From: Hyphochytrium catenoides
Taxonomy: Eukaryota > Protista > Hyphochytriomycota
NCBI GenBank assembly: GCA_900088475.1
Contig: FLMG01000761.1
Coordinates: 1-64,000, forward strand
Direction: 5' to 3'
Length of the DNA: 64,000 bases
The position numbers and the translations under genes were made by a program. Positions 13,654-25,132 of the stretch are shown one piece after another (positions within the stretch are counted from its first letter, which is position 1; the number at the start of each line of letters is the position of its first letter). The notes under the pieces are model-generated. The model was given only the letters and a program-made list of their open reading frames with translations. It did not search any database and was not told where the DNA came from.

Positions 13654-15321
13654 ATGGACCGGCTAGGCGGAAGTCAAAGAAAGCCTGGGCCTTCATTAAG
13701 GTCTCTAAGGCCGAACGGAACTCTATATTCGCAACTCAGCGAGAATGACGAGCAGGCAGACCAGACCCAAACGCCAGTACCCAGAGCTACACCATTGAAT
13801 GCCGAAAATGCACTTTCTCCGTCGCGCGAAGAGCTGACAAGTACGACTGCCTCGTCAACGTCAGTTTTAAAATCTACTGCTTCTGCTCCTGTGTCTCCAA
13901 CCTTCATGGAAAACTCTCTTCCTCGTTTAAATGACTCATCAATACCTCCCTCTCCTGCGACAAAACAAGAGGTCAAACTGGAACCGGCTGAGACATCACC
14001 AAGAGCTGAGGACACAACGAGGACAAACGATTCTCCATCTTCGCGCACTAATGGGCTGCCCTCACCTGCTAGAGAAGGCATGATTGACATCAAAGTCCTC
14101 GATCTTCGGGGTAACACATATCAGGTCTATTGTAGAGAAGAATGGACAGTGCACCAGCTGAAGGAGGTCGTTCAAGAGCCATCCGGAGTGCCTGCAGAGC
14201 TTCAAAGACTTATCTTCCGAGGTCAACAGCTAGTTGATGACAAAACATTGACGGAGTGCAAGATAGAACAAGGGCAGACTGTCCATCTCGTACGGCAGCT
14301 TACTCGACCGGTACCAACTGCAGTTACTTCGCCGTCTGGACGGCCGCTTAGTCCCGCTAGCCAAGCTCTCCATCAGCATCATGTGACGGTTATGAGAGAG
14401 CCAGTCTCCATTTGGAGTCTTTCAGATGACCCCGTCATGACCTACGAACATCCTATCGGAGAGTCTGCAAAGAGGGTGAAGTTATGGAGCTCAATGCTCA
14501 TCGTTCTCTATTCCATGAACCTACTGAACTCCATAGCCCTGATGTCTGGCGCAGCAGCTCAATATCAGCCCGACAACGGCCGCGTAAGCCGCACAATGAT
14601 TCGAAAGGTTGAGCCCATAGACTACTTTGTCCTTTTCGTCAACTTTTTGGGCGTGTATGTAGGTATGCTTGGGTTTCGAGCAGCACACCAGATCAATGTG
14701 CTCTACATTCACAAGTATTGCGTGGCTGTAATGTGGCTGGCCTTTCTGAGCATTCTAGAGCTTGTGGTGCAGGTATTGTTGCACATGAAGTATGGTATTG
14801 ACCCCAGTCTGCACCGAGGTCTTTCGGATAAGGACATTATCACGATGGAACTCTATACCATCTCTGTTTGGTGCTTTGTCTGGGTCATATCAGTCCACCA
14901 CGCGCTTCAGCATAGGAGAGCTGTCTTCGAGTTTGTGGAGGCAATGACGGGAGGGCCGCGGCCGGTGGTAACGCTTCCCCAGCCAGAGACAGGGGCCAGT
15001 CAGGTGGCTCCTTCTTCCTTAGAGGAAGGGTTAGCAGGAGAGGAAGACCCCGGACGCCCTCTCTCTCCTGGAAGACAAGGGGAGAGCAATGACGGCTTAC
15101 GTCGATCTCCCACGGCACCACTTTCTCCTAGGCTATACGCCCTTTCTCCTTCAACACGGCGGGCCTTCTCTCCCACAACAAACGAACCTCTCTCGCCTCA
15201 AAATATCTCCTCCTTTGCGAACTCCCCTCCAAGAGCGGGTGATGTTTCCTCGCCAAGCTCTTTAGGTCCCGCTGCCGCACAGCAGTCGAGCGCTAGAGCG
15301 GAAGGATTGCAGGTTGTATAG
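13654..15321 (+). CDS. Ubiquitin-like-domain membrane protein (disordered N-terminus, UBL, ~4 TM, Ser/Pro-rich tail), intronless
   Basis: IDIKVLDLRGNTYQV...TVHQLKEVVQEPSGVPAELQRLIFRGQQLVDDKTLTECKIEQGQTVHLV is a ubiquitin fold, followed by four hydrophobic segments. First ATG is at 13654; the ORF is open from 13528. Confidence 0.88.
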   Translation: MDRLGGSQRKPGPSLRSLRPNGTLYSQLSENDEQADQTQTPVPRATPLNAENALSPSREELTSTTASSTSVLKSTASAPVSPTFMENSLPRLNDSSIPPSPATKQEVKLEPAETSPRAEDTTRTNDSPSSRTNGLPSPAREGMIDIKVLDLRGNTYQVYCREEWTVHQLKEVVQEPSGVPAELQRLIFRGQQLVDDKTLTECKIEQGQTVHLVRQLTRPVPTAVTSPSGRPLSPASQALHQHHVTVMREPVSIWSLSDDPVMTYEHPIGESAKRVKLWSSMLIVLYSMNLLNSIALMSGAAAQYQPDNGRVSRTMIRKVEPIDYFVLFVNFLGVYVGMLGFRAAHQINVLYIHKYCVAVMWLAFLSILELVVQVLLHMKYGIDPSLHRGLSDKDIITMELYTISVWCFVWVISVHHALQHRRAVFEFVEAMTGGPRPVVTLPQPETGASQVAPSSLEEGLAGEEDPGRPLSPGRQGESNDGLRRSPTAPLSPRLYALSPSTRRAFSPTTNEPLSPQNISSFANSPPRAGDVSSPSSLGPAAAQQSSARAEGLQVV

Positions 15322-15549
15322 TAAAGATAGCGCTTTATTAACTTATAGGACATGGTGGTTATTCTCATATATCCAGACAGCGTTGACAATGTGAAGAGAA
15401 AATCTGCGGGCAGAAGGAAGGTGATATGGAGCTAAATCCCAGCCATACTGTTAGGACTTTGCTTGTAAGATGTGGGAAGATGAGAAAGGTTGCTATGTAA
15501 ACAGATGCAAAGAAGAGCATATAGTCAAGCTAAGAGTGCTGCAAGGCTG

Positions 15550-16931
15550 TCACTTTTTCTTCTGCGGGGAAGTTGACTTCTTCTTCTTCTTGTCTCCTTC
15601 CTCTCTTCCTCCATCCTTGTCACTAACGCACGTGGGACAGTACCTATGACAGTATCACGTGTGATGTAAGTCCTTTGCTATAAAGACATTGGGAAGGGAT
15701 TCCTTGGCTCGCGTACCATTTATCCTTGGGTACCACTTCCAAGCCGATACAGGGGAGGTGATACCACTCATTAGGAGTGCGGCACTGCTTGTTGTCGCAA
15801 GCAATCATCTGTCCGTAGTCACCCTCCCGGCATATGCAGTACACTGGGGGCTGGGAAGCTTTCTTCTCTTGCTCAGGCTCTTCATCCTCCTACGCAACAA
15901 GTGTGAAGACGGGCCAGAGCACAGGAAAGCCAGTTAGCGTCTTACAGACTAGCTATTGATATGCCTCGTCTCCTTACCTCTTCCTGCTCCTGTCGGCGCC
16001 GACTACTCTTCTTCTTTCTCTTTGTGCTCTCTCTTGTGCCTTTCTTCAGAGCCTGGATATCAAAGCCAAACTCCTTCCAATCCTCTGCAGTTCGTACCTA
16101 CAAAAGCTTTCTGTTAGGCGTCTATGGCGCTAGGAGCGGACGGAAGTGACTCCGCTCTACTTACCCTCTTGCAGAAGGCATAAATGCTATCATATTCGTC
16201 CACATCCAGGTGCGCATCGAAGTGTCTGCATGAAGCGGTTGAGGGTGTACAAAGGAAGAAAATCAGACAGAATTTGATATCTTCTCGCAAAAGGAGACGC
16301 GACACACGCAAAGGACAAACGTAGAGAGACTGGCGTAGAGAACAGAGAAAGTGAGGGCTAACCCTAACCCTAACGGGAAGGGTTGGAGGTTCACTAACCA
16401 GGAGAAGGGAAGCAGTAATTATCTCGAACCAAGCACCAAATCTTCTCCTTCTCACCTTGCCACCAGAATGGCCAGCTCTGACTGCGGTAGATCAGGTCGA
16501 ACCTTCAAATTGTAGGCCTGTGCGTACTTTCTCAACGTCGAGGACTAAGTTCCGCGGCAGCATTGCAAGTGAAGGGAGGTAGGGGTGATTATTAGCCGTG
16601 GCATAGTGTCGTTTATAGCTAGTCATTTACCTTTAGCTGCTTGAAGTCTACGGTGAGATGTGCAGGGTACTTGAGGCTAAACTTTGGGTTCACGATGCTC
16701 CGGGGAGATTCATCAGAGGAGGTTGAAGCTTCGGGCTGATGGCATAAGAAGGGTTCATCAGTGAGCGATTTCGCAGGATCGGTGAGAAGTATTGCGGCGC
16801 ACAAATTGCACCTGATCATTGGCCTTCTCTATCCGGGCCTTTTTGGTAGGTTTTTTGCCGTCGTTCGCCTTCTTCCCGTTGTCATGGGCCTTTTTCGAGG
16901 ATGAAGAGGACTTGCGCTTGTTGGAAGCCAT
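15550..16931 (-). CDS. SAP30 Sin3-binding domain plus ING-type PHD finger protein (7 exons: 16812-16931, 16631-16735, 16456-16544, 16165-16225, 15978-16097, 15717-15889, 15550-15643; 253 aa)
   Basis: All six GT-AG introns are phase-compatible. VDFKQLKSSTLRKYAQAYNLKVRPDLPQSELAILVARHFDAHLDVDEYDSIYAF resembles SAP30_Sin3_bdg. YCICREGDYGQMIACDNKQCRTPNEWYHLPCIGLEVVPKDKWYCPTC is a C4HC3 ING-like PHD. Confidence 0.85.
16358..16374. repeat. Short interstitial telomere-like repeat (CCCTAA/TTAGGG, ~3 units) in an intron
   Basis: ctaaccctaaccctaac. Confidence 0.6.
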
Positions 16932-19364
16932 TGGGCTGGACTTTCGGGAGGTGATGAGAAAACCGGCTTTGTAGAGTGTTGCAGGGTCAGTTGTCGCTAA
17001 TTTAGGGTCTAGCTCTTGGGGTGAGGCTTGCGAGGCGATAGTTGTGTGCGCTTTCTAGGCGCTCAAACGCTTGAAGGTCAAGGTACGAGGATCTACTCCG
17101 TTCTGCCTCGCTGAATGCGCAGCGCTTGGAGGTAATCAACAACTCGCTCGTTGACGTTGCAGCACAAGCAGGACGTCGAAGAGACAAACTCTGGAGGTAT
17201 TGGAGCCACCAGGCGAAAATCCGAAGCCTTTTGTGGTCGCAAAACTGCTATCCGCAAGCTCCGACGTAGAGGGCGGTGCAGCTGAAGGAGCAGTAGCACG
17301 AGGACAAGACCCGCTGCCGGTTTTCGGCAACCTCGTAGATTTCAGCTGCTTCTCGGCGCCTGAGATCCAACGTCCGCAGCGCTTGCGTGTCAGATTCTCT
17401 CGTGGAAAGGGAACGCAGCTTCAGGTCTCTGCGATTGGGAAATTGTGGGTTGTCGTCGAGCTGAAGATTGTCTGCACATTGCCGGTCCTGGTGGGCCGCC
17501 GCACGGGTGACTGAAGCTCAAGGGCGGCCAACATTTCTTCTTCTCTCGCTCTTCTGCTGCTCCGCTTCAAACTCCACCCGCTCTCTGCCGCTCTTACACT
17601 GCTCTTTCTGTATCTCACGGCTGTCTTATGAGGGGCTTTTCCGATATCATTGGTCATCCTCTGTCTCGCAGTTCTCGTCAACTCTGTCTTGTTCCTCCCT
17701 CTTAGGTTTCTCTTGCTCTCCCTCTTCCTCTCTTGAAAAACAGAGCTGTTGGTTTCCGCTCTCCCATAGGTCCAGGCGTATTATTATGTTGTGAAAGTAC
17801 TATGGGATTACCCTGAACCGTCAAACCGGTATTACCACGACATTAAGCAAAGGGAAAGCTCCGAGGGGAGCTCTGGAGAAGTCTTTTCTGATGTTTCAGA
17901 CATGCCCACGGATTCTTGATATGCAGCTGCTTATAAAGGAACTTGACCCACTAATGTTCACAAGCCATCCCCACGATGCCCAAATAATGAAGATCCTCAC
18001 ATACTAAATTGCGGATTTTCAATATCTAAATTTAGAATACTGAGAGACGATGCACTGTTGAGCCGTTGAAGAGTCCAGAACAAACAAATCTGTGCAGTGC
18101 CTCTTCGGTCAAATATAGCCGTTACCACCTCTGCAGCCATCACTCATCTGCTCATCTGCTCTCGTGATGGCCGCTTTATAAAAAAAACCTTTTACCCTCT
18201 TACTTGTTATTGTTAATAATGAGCGCTGGCTTCTACAACATCCATTATTTTCTGTTCAATGCCGCCAGAAGTCGCGGTTTCCGCTGCTGCCTAGCAGCAG
18301 ATGACGGGACCACTGCGCCCCGGCCATAAAAGGTTGAGCCCTTCTCACTGACAAAAGGATATAGTGCAGGATCACTTGTTAATATTATGACGACGTCAAG
18401 AAGTTTTTGTTAAACGTTGGAGGAGGAGGCTTTCTTCCTGGTATTGAATAAATAATAATAAACATAAAGATATTGAGGTAGAGCAGAAGACAAGTTTTGC
18501 CAAGCCACCTGCTTTCACTATCATCTCCAGCGAGTAGGAGATTCTACAGGATGATTATGGAAGAAGTTATTAGAGAAGCAAGGAACTCTTTTTATGACCA
18601 ACGGCGCAGACTTTATTGTTGTCTGTTTTGCTAAGGGGCGTCGGTAAGAGCCGATCACTGCTGGGACATCTGCCAAGGCACATTATACTTTCAACCGGAG
18701 GCAGCATTGCAGCAGCGAAGAATAAGGCAATATGTGTTATTTGTAATAATCCCGCAGAGTAGGAGGTCGGACAAATGGTAGACTCCTTAGCAAACGGCCA
18801 CCTGCCTCTGAGAGGAGATGGCCATCCTACGAGAAGACGTGCCAGAGTAATAAGGTTGTCCTCATCGGTCATGATGATTACAATACAGCGAAGAGTCGAG
18901 ACAGAGCTCCTCGTTGCAGTACAAGTTCGTCTCTAATGAAATCAAAAATTGTGTTACAACGTGGTATGGAGTATGAAGAGAAGAAAGGCGAAGGGACATG
19001 AGGCCTTGATTGAATGACGGGTGGTGAATTGCCCTTGCGTGGAGCGGGTTCTCTTGGTCCACAATCATCAAGAATGCTTTCATAAGAGATGACCATAATA
19101 CTTTGGCACTTACACTTTCGTATGGCTCGCACCACCGAAGTAGAGAGCTAGTCACTTCCTTATTAGAGAACAGCCCATAAGAACGTGCAGCATAGGAGAA
19201 ACGAAGCTTTGGCATCGATGGGCCCTGTGGTGTAATAGATGGACAGTAGATTATAGGTAGACACGGCGGCCTTCGTTGTCGCTTATAACAGTAGCAGGAG
19301 GCCTACTCCTACCTACTACACCTTGGTGAGCGGTTATAAAGTTAGGCCGTGCTAATCAAGCGCT

Positions 19365-20353
19365 CGCGGGAAGGGCGCTTCTTCTGGCGCTCAGATCTCG
19401 TTTCACTCTCTCTAGTGTCCCTACATCGTTCTTCTGTATCTTATTGCTTTCCGCTTTGCTGAGGTAAGTTGTGCTTCTGATGAGAAGGGCGAGCCGTCAT
19501 GGGCTGAGTACAAGGAGATACATTTGCTTGAAGAAGTGTGTCGAAAGCGCGGGAAACATCCAGCCTCAGCCTGGAAGGGCGGGGAAGAGTCGCCAACAAG
19601 GGAGCGAACCCGTTCACTTGTCGCTTCGAATGAAGGAAAAATGAGAGGAGAAGTCAACCAAAGAGCGCAGTTGATCGTGCTGTTCTTCCGCGATGGGGTC
19701 TGCGATCACTCTACCTCCACCCCAACAATGTCAAGGGCCTAGAGCCTGGACGTGCACACCGTCCAGCCTTGCTGGCACTATCAAGGATCCTCAAGGAGAG
19801 GAAGAAGATGGCAGTGAACAGGCGAGCGGGCGGTGCAGTGCAGTGGGCGCCCAGTGGGCGGGCAACCTTTGAGCAATCGGACATCTCCTCATACCACTCT
19901 CTTCCTATGCTCATCACCCCTTAGAATTATACTTACACTAGTTATCAAAGGCTGATTATCACTATGCCATCACCCTTGTCTGTGCCCATCCATCCCAATG
20001 GCAATGTATGAACTTCTCAATGGGTGGGTGAAAGGTGAAAAGTGCGGGAAAGCTGGATCTTGAATTCTGGAGACCAAAGAGTCAACTCAATCCCGAACTC
20101 CGCTATTTGGCCCGTTCCATCACCACCTAGCAGGACATTATTCACAGAGGATAGTTTTGGCGGGAAGTGCTACAATCCCGATTACTTAGAAAAATGTCGA
20201 ATATGTCATTTTCGGAGTTACGGCTTCGGTAAGATTTGGTAGGTTCGCGCCAGCGGATCGTTCGGCAGCCGATGGCATTCTCCATTCAGTCTCTTCAGTC
20301 CGATCGATCCTCCTCTCGTCCCGCTCACCGAGCTTGCAGACGCGCTATTTGAA
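19365..20353. promoter_or_regulatory. Cluster of E2F-like sites and a CHR-like element upstream of the CXC gene
   Basis: CGCGGGAA at 19365, GCGCGGGAAA at 19547, GCGGGAAA at 20044, TTTTGGCGGGAA at 20155, TTCGCGCC at 20244, and TTTGAA at 20348 just after CGCGC. Confidence 0.5.
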
Positions 20354-20716
20354 GCTTTTTACGCTGCCATTGCTCAGTAGACGAGTCATAGTCCCGAGGC
20401 TGAGGCTGAGTAAGCTGCTCTCGGAAGACAGTAGTGAAGGGTTACTCTAAGGACTAGAAAGCTACCGTCAGGTCGACCTTTCAGGGACCTGGGATATTTT
20501 GGCCAAAATAGGGCTCTCTCAGCATTTGTCGCTTGGGGAACGTTACTTCGTGGTAGAGCTTGAGACTTAGTGGTGGTCGGATTAACTTCATCGCATGCTG
20601 GGGTGGGGCAACTGTAAGGAGAGAAGCTGCAATAGCTACCACCTGCCCTATATACCCACAAGCTGTCACTACCTGACTCCGCCGTAGCCCTTCGCGGGGA
20701 CCGCTGTAAGAGAATT

Positions 20717-23700
20717 ATGGCTTCGAATAGCTCCGGTGCTGAGACATTTCGTGCCATTGAAGTGGGAGACTTTGATCAGAGCTGTACGTACACCTAACCT
20801 AACTGGCCCTCGCCCTGCGTCTTGTCAAAGTACTCCCTTCTCCCTCTAGCTGCTTCCCTTCACTACATTTTTCCTTCCTCTTCGACAGGCATCTTCTGTC
20901 TCAAAGTATCTCACAAAATTTCATCTTTCGGTTGGCTGACTAATGCCATCGCTCGCTCTGATACAGTGATTAGTGGGGTGGACCTTGCAGAGTTCAACTC
21001 CTCCCGAGGGTCGTTCATGTCTCCGACCAAGCTCTTCATGAAGGATCTCTCCAACTCTTCCCCACCCGAAAGCCCAGCGCTCCCGAAGTCTCCGCACATA
21101 GTCTTCCCTGCAGAGTCACCCTACAGAACGTCGTTTAGCATGTCTTTGGCAGGCTGCAACTCCCCATTCCTAAATTTTGCAGGCAATCTCTCACCTCTTC
21201 TGTCAGTCTCTAACACGGGGATGGACTCTCCCGCAGGCCCGCGCGAGTCTCCATTCTCCTACTTTCGGAGTAGAATGTAAGTCGTTGAGTCTTACAATCT
21301 CTCTCTCTCGTCTTTTCTCCTTTGCATCCTGCCTACATCCTCGATTGTGGAGAGCCCTTGGACTTTTAAACAGTAGTACTGTCCTCCATGATTTCGCCCC
21401 GTCCCCCTCCTCCTCACACCTCTCTCTCACTTTTCCTTTTGCCTTCTTTCTCTGTCACTTCTTTTATTCCTTCTCCCTTTTCTCTTCTTTTAATTGAGCT
21501 GTATCCTTATCTTCTTTCCATATGTTGCATCTTGTTGACCTTTCTCTGCCGGTGTTAATGTACCTGCCACCCCTATGTGGACTTATCTCTTCACTAACTA
21601 CTCTGCTGATGATCTATACTTCTCTGTACTCTCCAGGAACTCGCCATCACTTCCCTTTGGCTTGACTTCTCCCGCAGTCCCAGAGTCATTCTCCAGTGTG
21701 TTTTCTGGCAAGTTCAAGAGCCCTGGAGAGAAGGAAAATCGAAGCTTTGTACAGCGCTTGGACTTCGATGATGATTACCAGGAGCGCTCCGAAGGTCGCG
21801 GACAGCCTCTCATAGCAAAGACGTCAGCTTTGAGTTTAGATGGAGAAGGAGGCGAGGAAAGAAAAAGACTTGATGCCAGAGATCCAGACCTGGACAAACT
21901 CAAAGTGAACTTGTAAGAACTATATCTTAGCCTTATCCCACTCCTTTCCATCTCCTCACATTGAGCTTTCTTCGCCCCTCTTCCATCTTCTTTGTCTTAT
22001 AGACGAACTCCGATCCCAAAGACACGACCCGTGGACGTCAACCGTGTAAATGCCACAGCGCAGGCCCTGCGGCCTCCAACAGACAAGCCGAGGCACACAG
22101 GTGGTGGCGGCAAGATTGCGGCTGAAGATAATGAGAAAGCCAACCCCTCCAACACTCCTGTCTCCCTCCTCAAAAGGGATCCACTTCTCACCACGCCTCA
22201 AGGCCCAAAGAGACAGGTGAGAGGCGTAAGCTTCCTCCGAGAACAATCTCCAGAGGGCAGCAAGACAATGAAGTACGTGATCCACGCTCCAGGAGCTCGC
22301 TCTGGCAAGGCATTTGAGCTCTGTGAATCTTCGAACAGCAGCAGTAGCGACCATGAGGAAAGTAAGTCTCCCTCCAAGCTGTCCAAAGGCGCAGTGACTT
22401 CGACTCCATCGTCCAGCATGAAAGACAGCGGCAAAGGCGCTTCCAAAGCCTCTCCTCGGGCTGAAGGCTCTTCTTCTCTCTCTGCCATTGGCGAGAGAGC
22501 AGCAGCTTTTGCTACACCTACCCCAGCTTCACGGGTCCGTCAGCGTCAAGGGTTAGGGATCTCGCCTCCTAATCCGACCACCATCAGGAAGCAGAACCCC
22601 TGCAACTGCAAAAAGTCGCAGTGTTTGAAGCTGTGAGTCTAGAGCTCCGTTCCTTTCTTTTGAGTAGACCCCTCTTCTTCCTTTGCTCTCACTGATCCTC
22701 TTGCCAGCAGTCTCTGTCTTACACTTCTCTCTCTCTCTCTCTCCTATGCTCTCTCTTATGTTTCTCTCTTTCTCTAGCACCTTTGGAGCTGACTGTTCAC
22801 ATCGTTCCCTTAGTGGCTCTCGACCTGTACCAGTATGTATCTCTTACCGCATCCCCTTTGTCTACCACTTTTTAAGGTATTGCGAGTGCTTTGCCGCTGG
22901 CGTCTACTGCAACGGCTGCAATTGCGTCAATTGCTCAAACTCCAAGAAGCATGAGGCGGTGCGGCAGGCGGCCATACAGTCCACCTTAGAGCGTAATCCT
23001 AACGCTTTCCAGCCCAAGATCCAGAAGCAAGCTAATGCCCCGGCTTCAGGGAAGGATCTCAGCGCTACTGGGGTGCATAATACCGGCTGTCACTGCAAGA
23101 AGAGTGCGTGCCTAAAAAAGTATTGCGAGTGCTTCCAGGCTGGGATATACTGTGGGATAAACTGCAAGTGTGTGGACTGTAAGAACTTCGCGGGAAGTTC
23201 GGCGCTTATATCTCAGGACAAGAAGAGCACAAAGAGACCTAGAGCCATTGAAAGTGTGCTTCCTGCTCCTGCTCCTGTTCCTCCAGTCCCTTCTAGCATA
23301 GTGGCACAAGTGGAACCTCCTCTCTCTTCAAACCCCGCTATGGTTCGCTCTACATCTCCTGTCCCAACCACACCACGGCTCTCTTCTGTAGTATCAACGC
23401 AGACGATTGGCAACATGACGCTCCGGATCAAGAAAGCGGCACACTCCACGCCGATGACAGATTCCCGGAAGCGCCCCATGGCTGCAATTGAGGCTCCTGC
23501 TATTCTAAGGACCTCTAAGGTGCGTTGTCATTGTCAGATTACCTCCTTGTTTTTCACTTTATCTTCTACTCTCTGTCTCTCTGTGTCTGTGTCGCTCCTT
23601 TTTTTTTGCGCGTATGATACCCTGCTTGGAAGCTGTAGTCCTATACTACTTTGCCCCGTTCTTCTGAACCATATGGCCTACTCCTCTCACTCTTTGGGCA

Positions 23701-23999
23701 ACATTGGCTAGGCTCTCAGACTGTAACGTAAGTTTGCTCATTGTTGCCTACACTTTCTCTCGTCCTCACTCTTGCAGAAAGCAAAGGAGCAAAGTACTCC
23801 GAGCACAGCAGAGAGAAGAGGGCCCAACGCCAAGCTACCTCACCGTCTCCCTGTCTTTGGCAAGCAGCGGAAGCCCATCATGAAGTCCACTGCCATTGGT
23901 ATCTTCACCTACTTAGACAACGACGATCTGTACAATGCTTCTCTTGTCAATCATCTATGGACGAAGCTAGCCCTGGATGAGGAGATCTGGCAGTACTAG
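20717..23999 (+). CDS. Tesmin/TSO1/LIN54-like CXC (CRC)-domain protein with a C-terminal F-box-like motif, ~6 exons
   Basis: Spliced CXC1 [11 protein letters not shown]|[21 protein letters not shown], hinge [10 protein letters not shown] and CXC2 [34 protein letters not shown]. Last exon reads [30 protein letters not shown]. Intron phases are consistent from the ATG at 20717. Confidence 0.9.
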
Positions 24000-25132
24000 T
24001 CTCTCCCTCTCTCTCTTTTTCTGTTGATTAAACCTTTCCTGTTCTCTCCCGGGTCTCCGTGCCCTCTTGCTGCCAAAAAGCAAAGAGGCACGGCACAAGA
24101 TGCCCTTTACGTCCGAGAGACCACTCTCCTTTGTGCCCTGTACCATTAGTATGCTCTACCTGCCGATGTACTCTTCCTGCCTGCGCCTCTTTTTAGCCCA
24201 ATCTCGGGCTTTGCAATGAGTGCTTCTTCTTTTCCGCTAAGCCGATATGTCTTGGTCGTAGATATTGCTTTGCTTTTTTTCTTTCTTTGCGTCTTGCCTT
24301 CTTTTTCTCTCTCTTTCTCTGTTCCTCCCAATGTAGCCAGCTACAAGGAGAGGTGTTTGAGATTGAGACTAAGTGACCGTAGTCTACCTCGTAATCCAAC
24401 TGTTCCCGTTATCTCGCCGATGACAAGTCTTGTCGAAGGGAAAGAAGAGAGCCGTGAAGACCCTACCACTGTGTCTCTCCCTTCCTCGTCCTTTTCCCTA
24501 ATATTTAATGCTTGACAGCCCTCCGAGGCCTCATTCCAGCTTCAGAGAGAAAGAAAGCGTTGCGGACCTGCTCTGCAGACATTCTCTCTTCTCTCTCTTC
24601 CCTTTTTCCCTTTCCCTCCCATTGATAGTTCAAACTAATGAAGTGACATTGATAACGAGACCTGACCCTCTAGTCTAACTCTCCACTCAGAGAGGAGCTG
24701 AGAAGGAGAAGAGCATGTGCGTTTGAGTGAGAAAAGAGAAAGAAGATAGTGAAAGAGAGAAACAAGCTTGCGAGCCGCAATGGACAGGGAGTGAGGAACC
24801 AGGCCTTATTTTATAACTCTATTCACTAGCAGAGGGAGAGAAGTTACGATTCAGAGAAAGCGAAGTCGAGGAAAAGGAAGGTTTAACAGTTTCTAAGGGA
24901 TTGGCGAAAACTAGAGAAGAGAGAGAAAGAGAGAGAGACACCAGGAGGACAGGGATCAGATCCCACGGTCTTATCTCTGTCTCCTAAGCCCATCCTAGCG
25001 GCTTTAAAGAGAAGTAGACAGAGAACCAACAAAAGAGAGAGGAGAGATAGAGTTAAGAAGAGAGACAGACAGACAAAGAGAGAGGTAGAAAGAGAGAGTG
25101 AAGGGTAAAGCTTTGCAAAGAAAGGAGAGAGA

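Noticed and set aside
19478-19507. TGATGA...CTGA as a box C/D snoRNA, hammerhead ribozyme or SECIS
   Set aside because: Only 30 nt, the terminal stem register is wrong for a kink-turn, and there is no hammerhead GAAA core or SECIS helix and AA loop.
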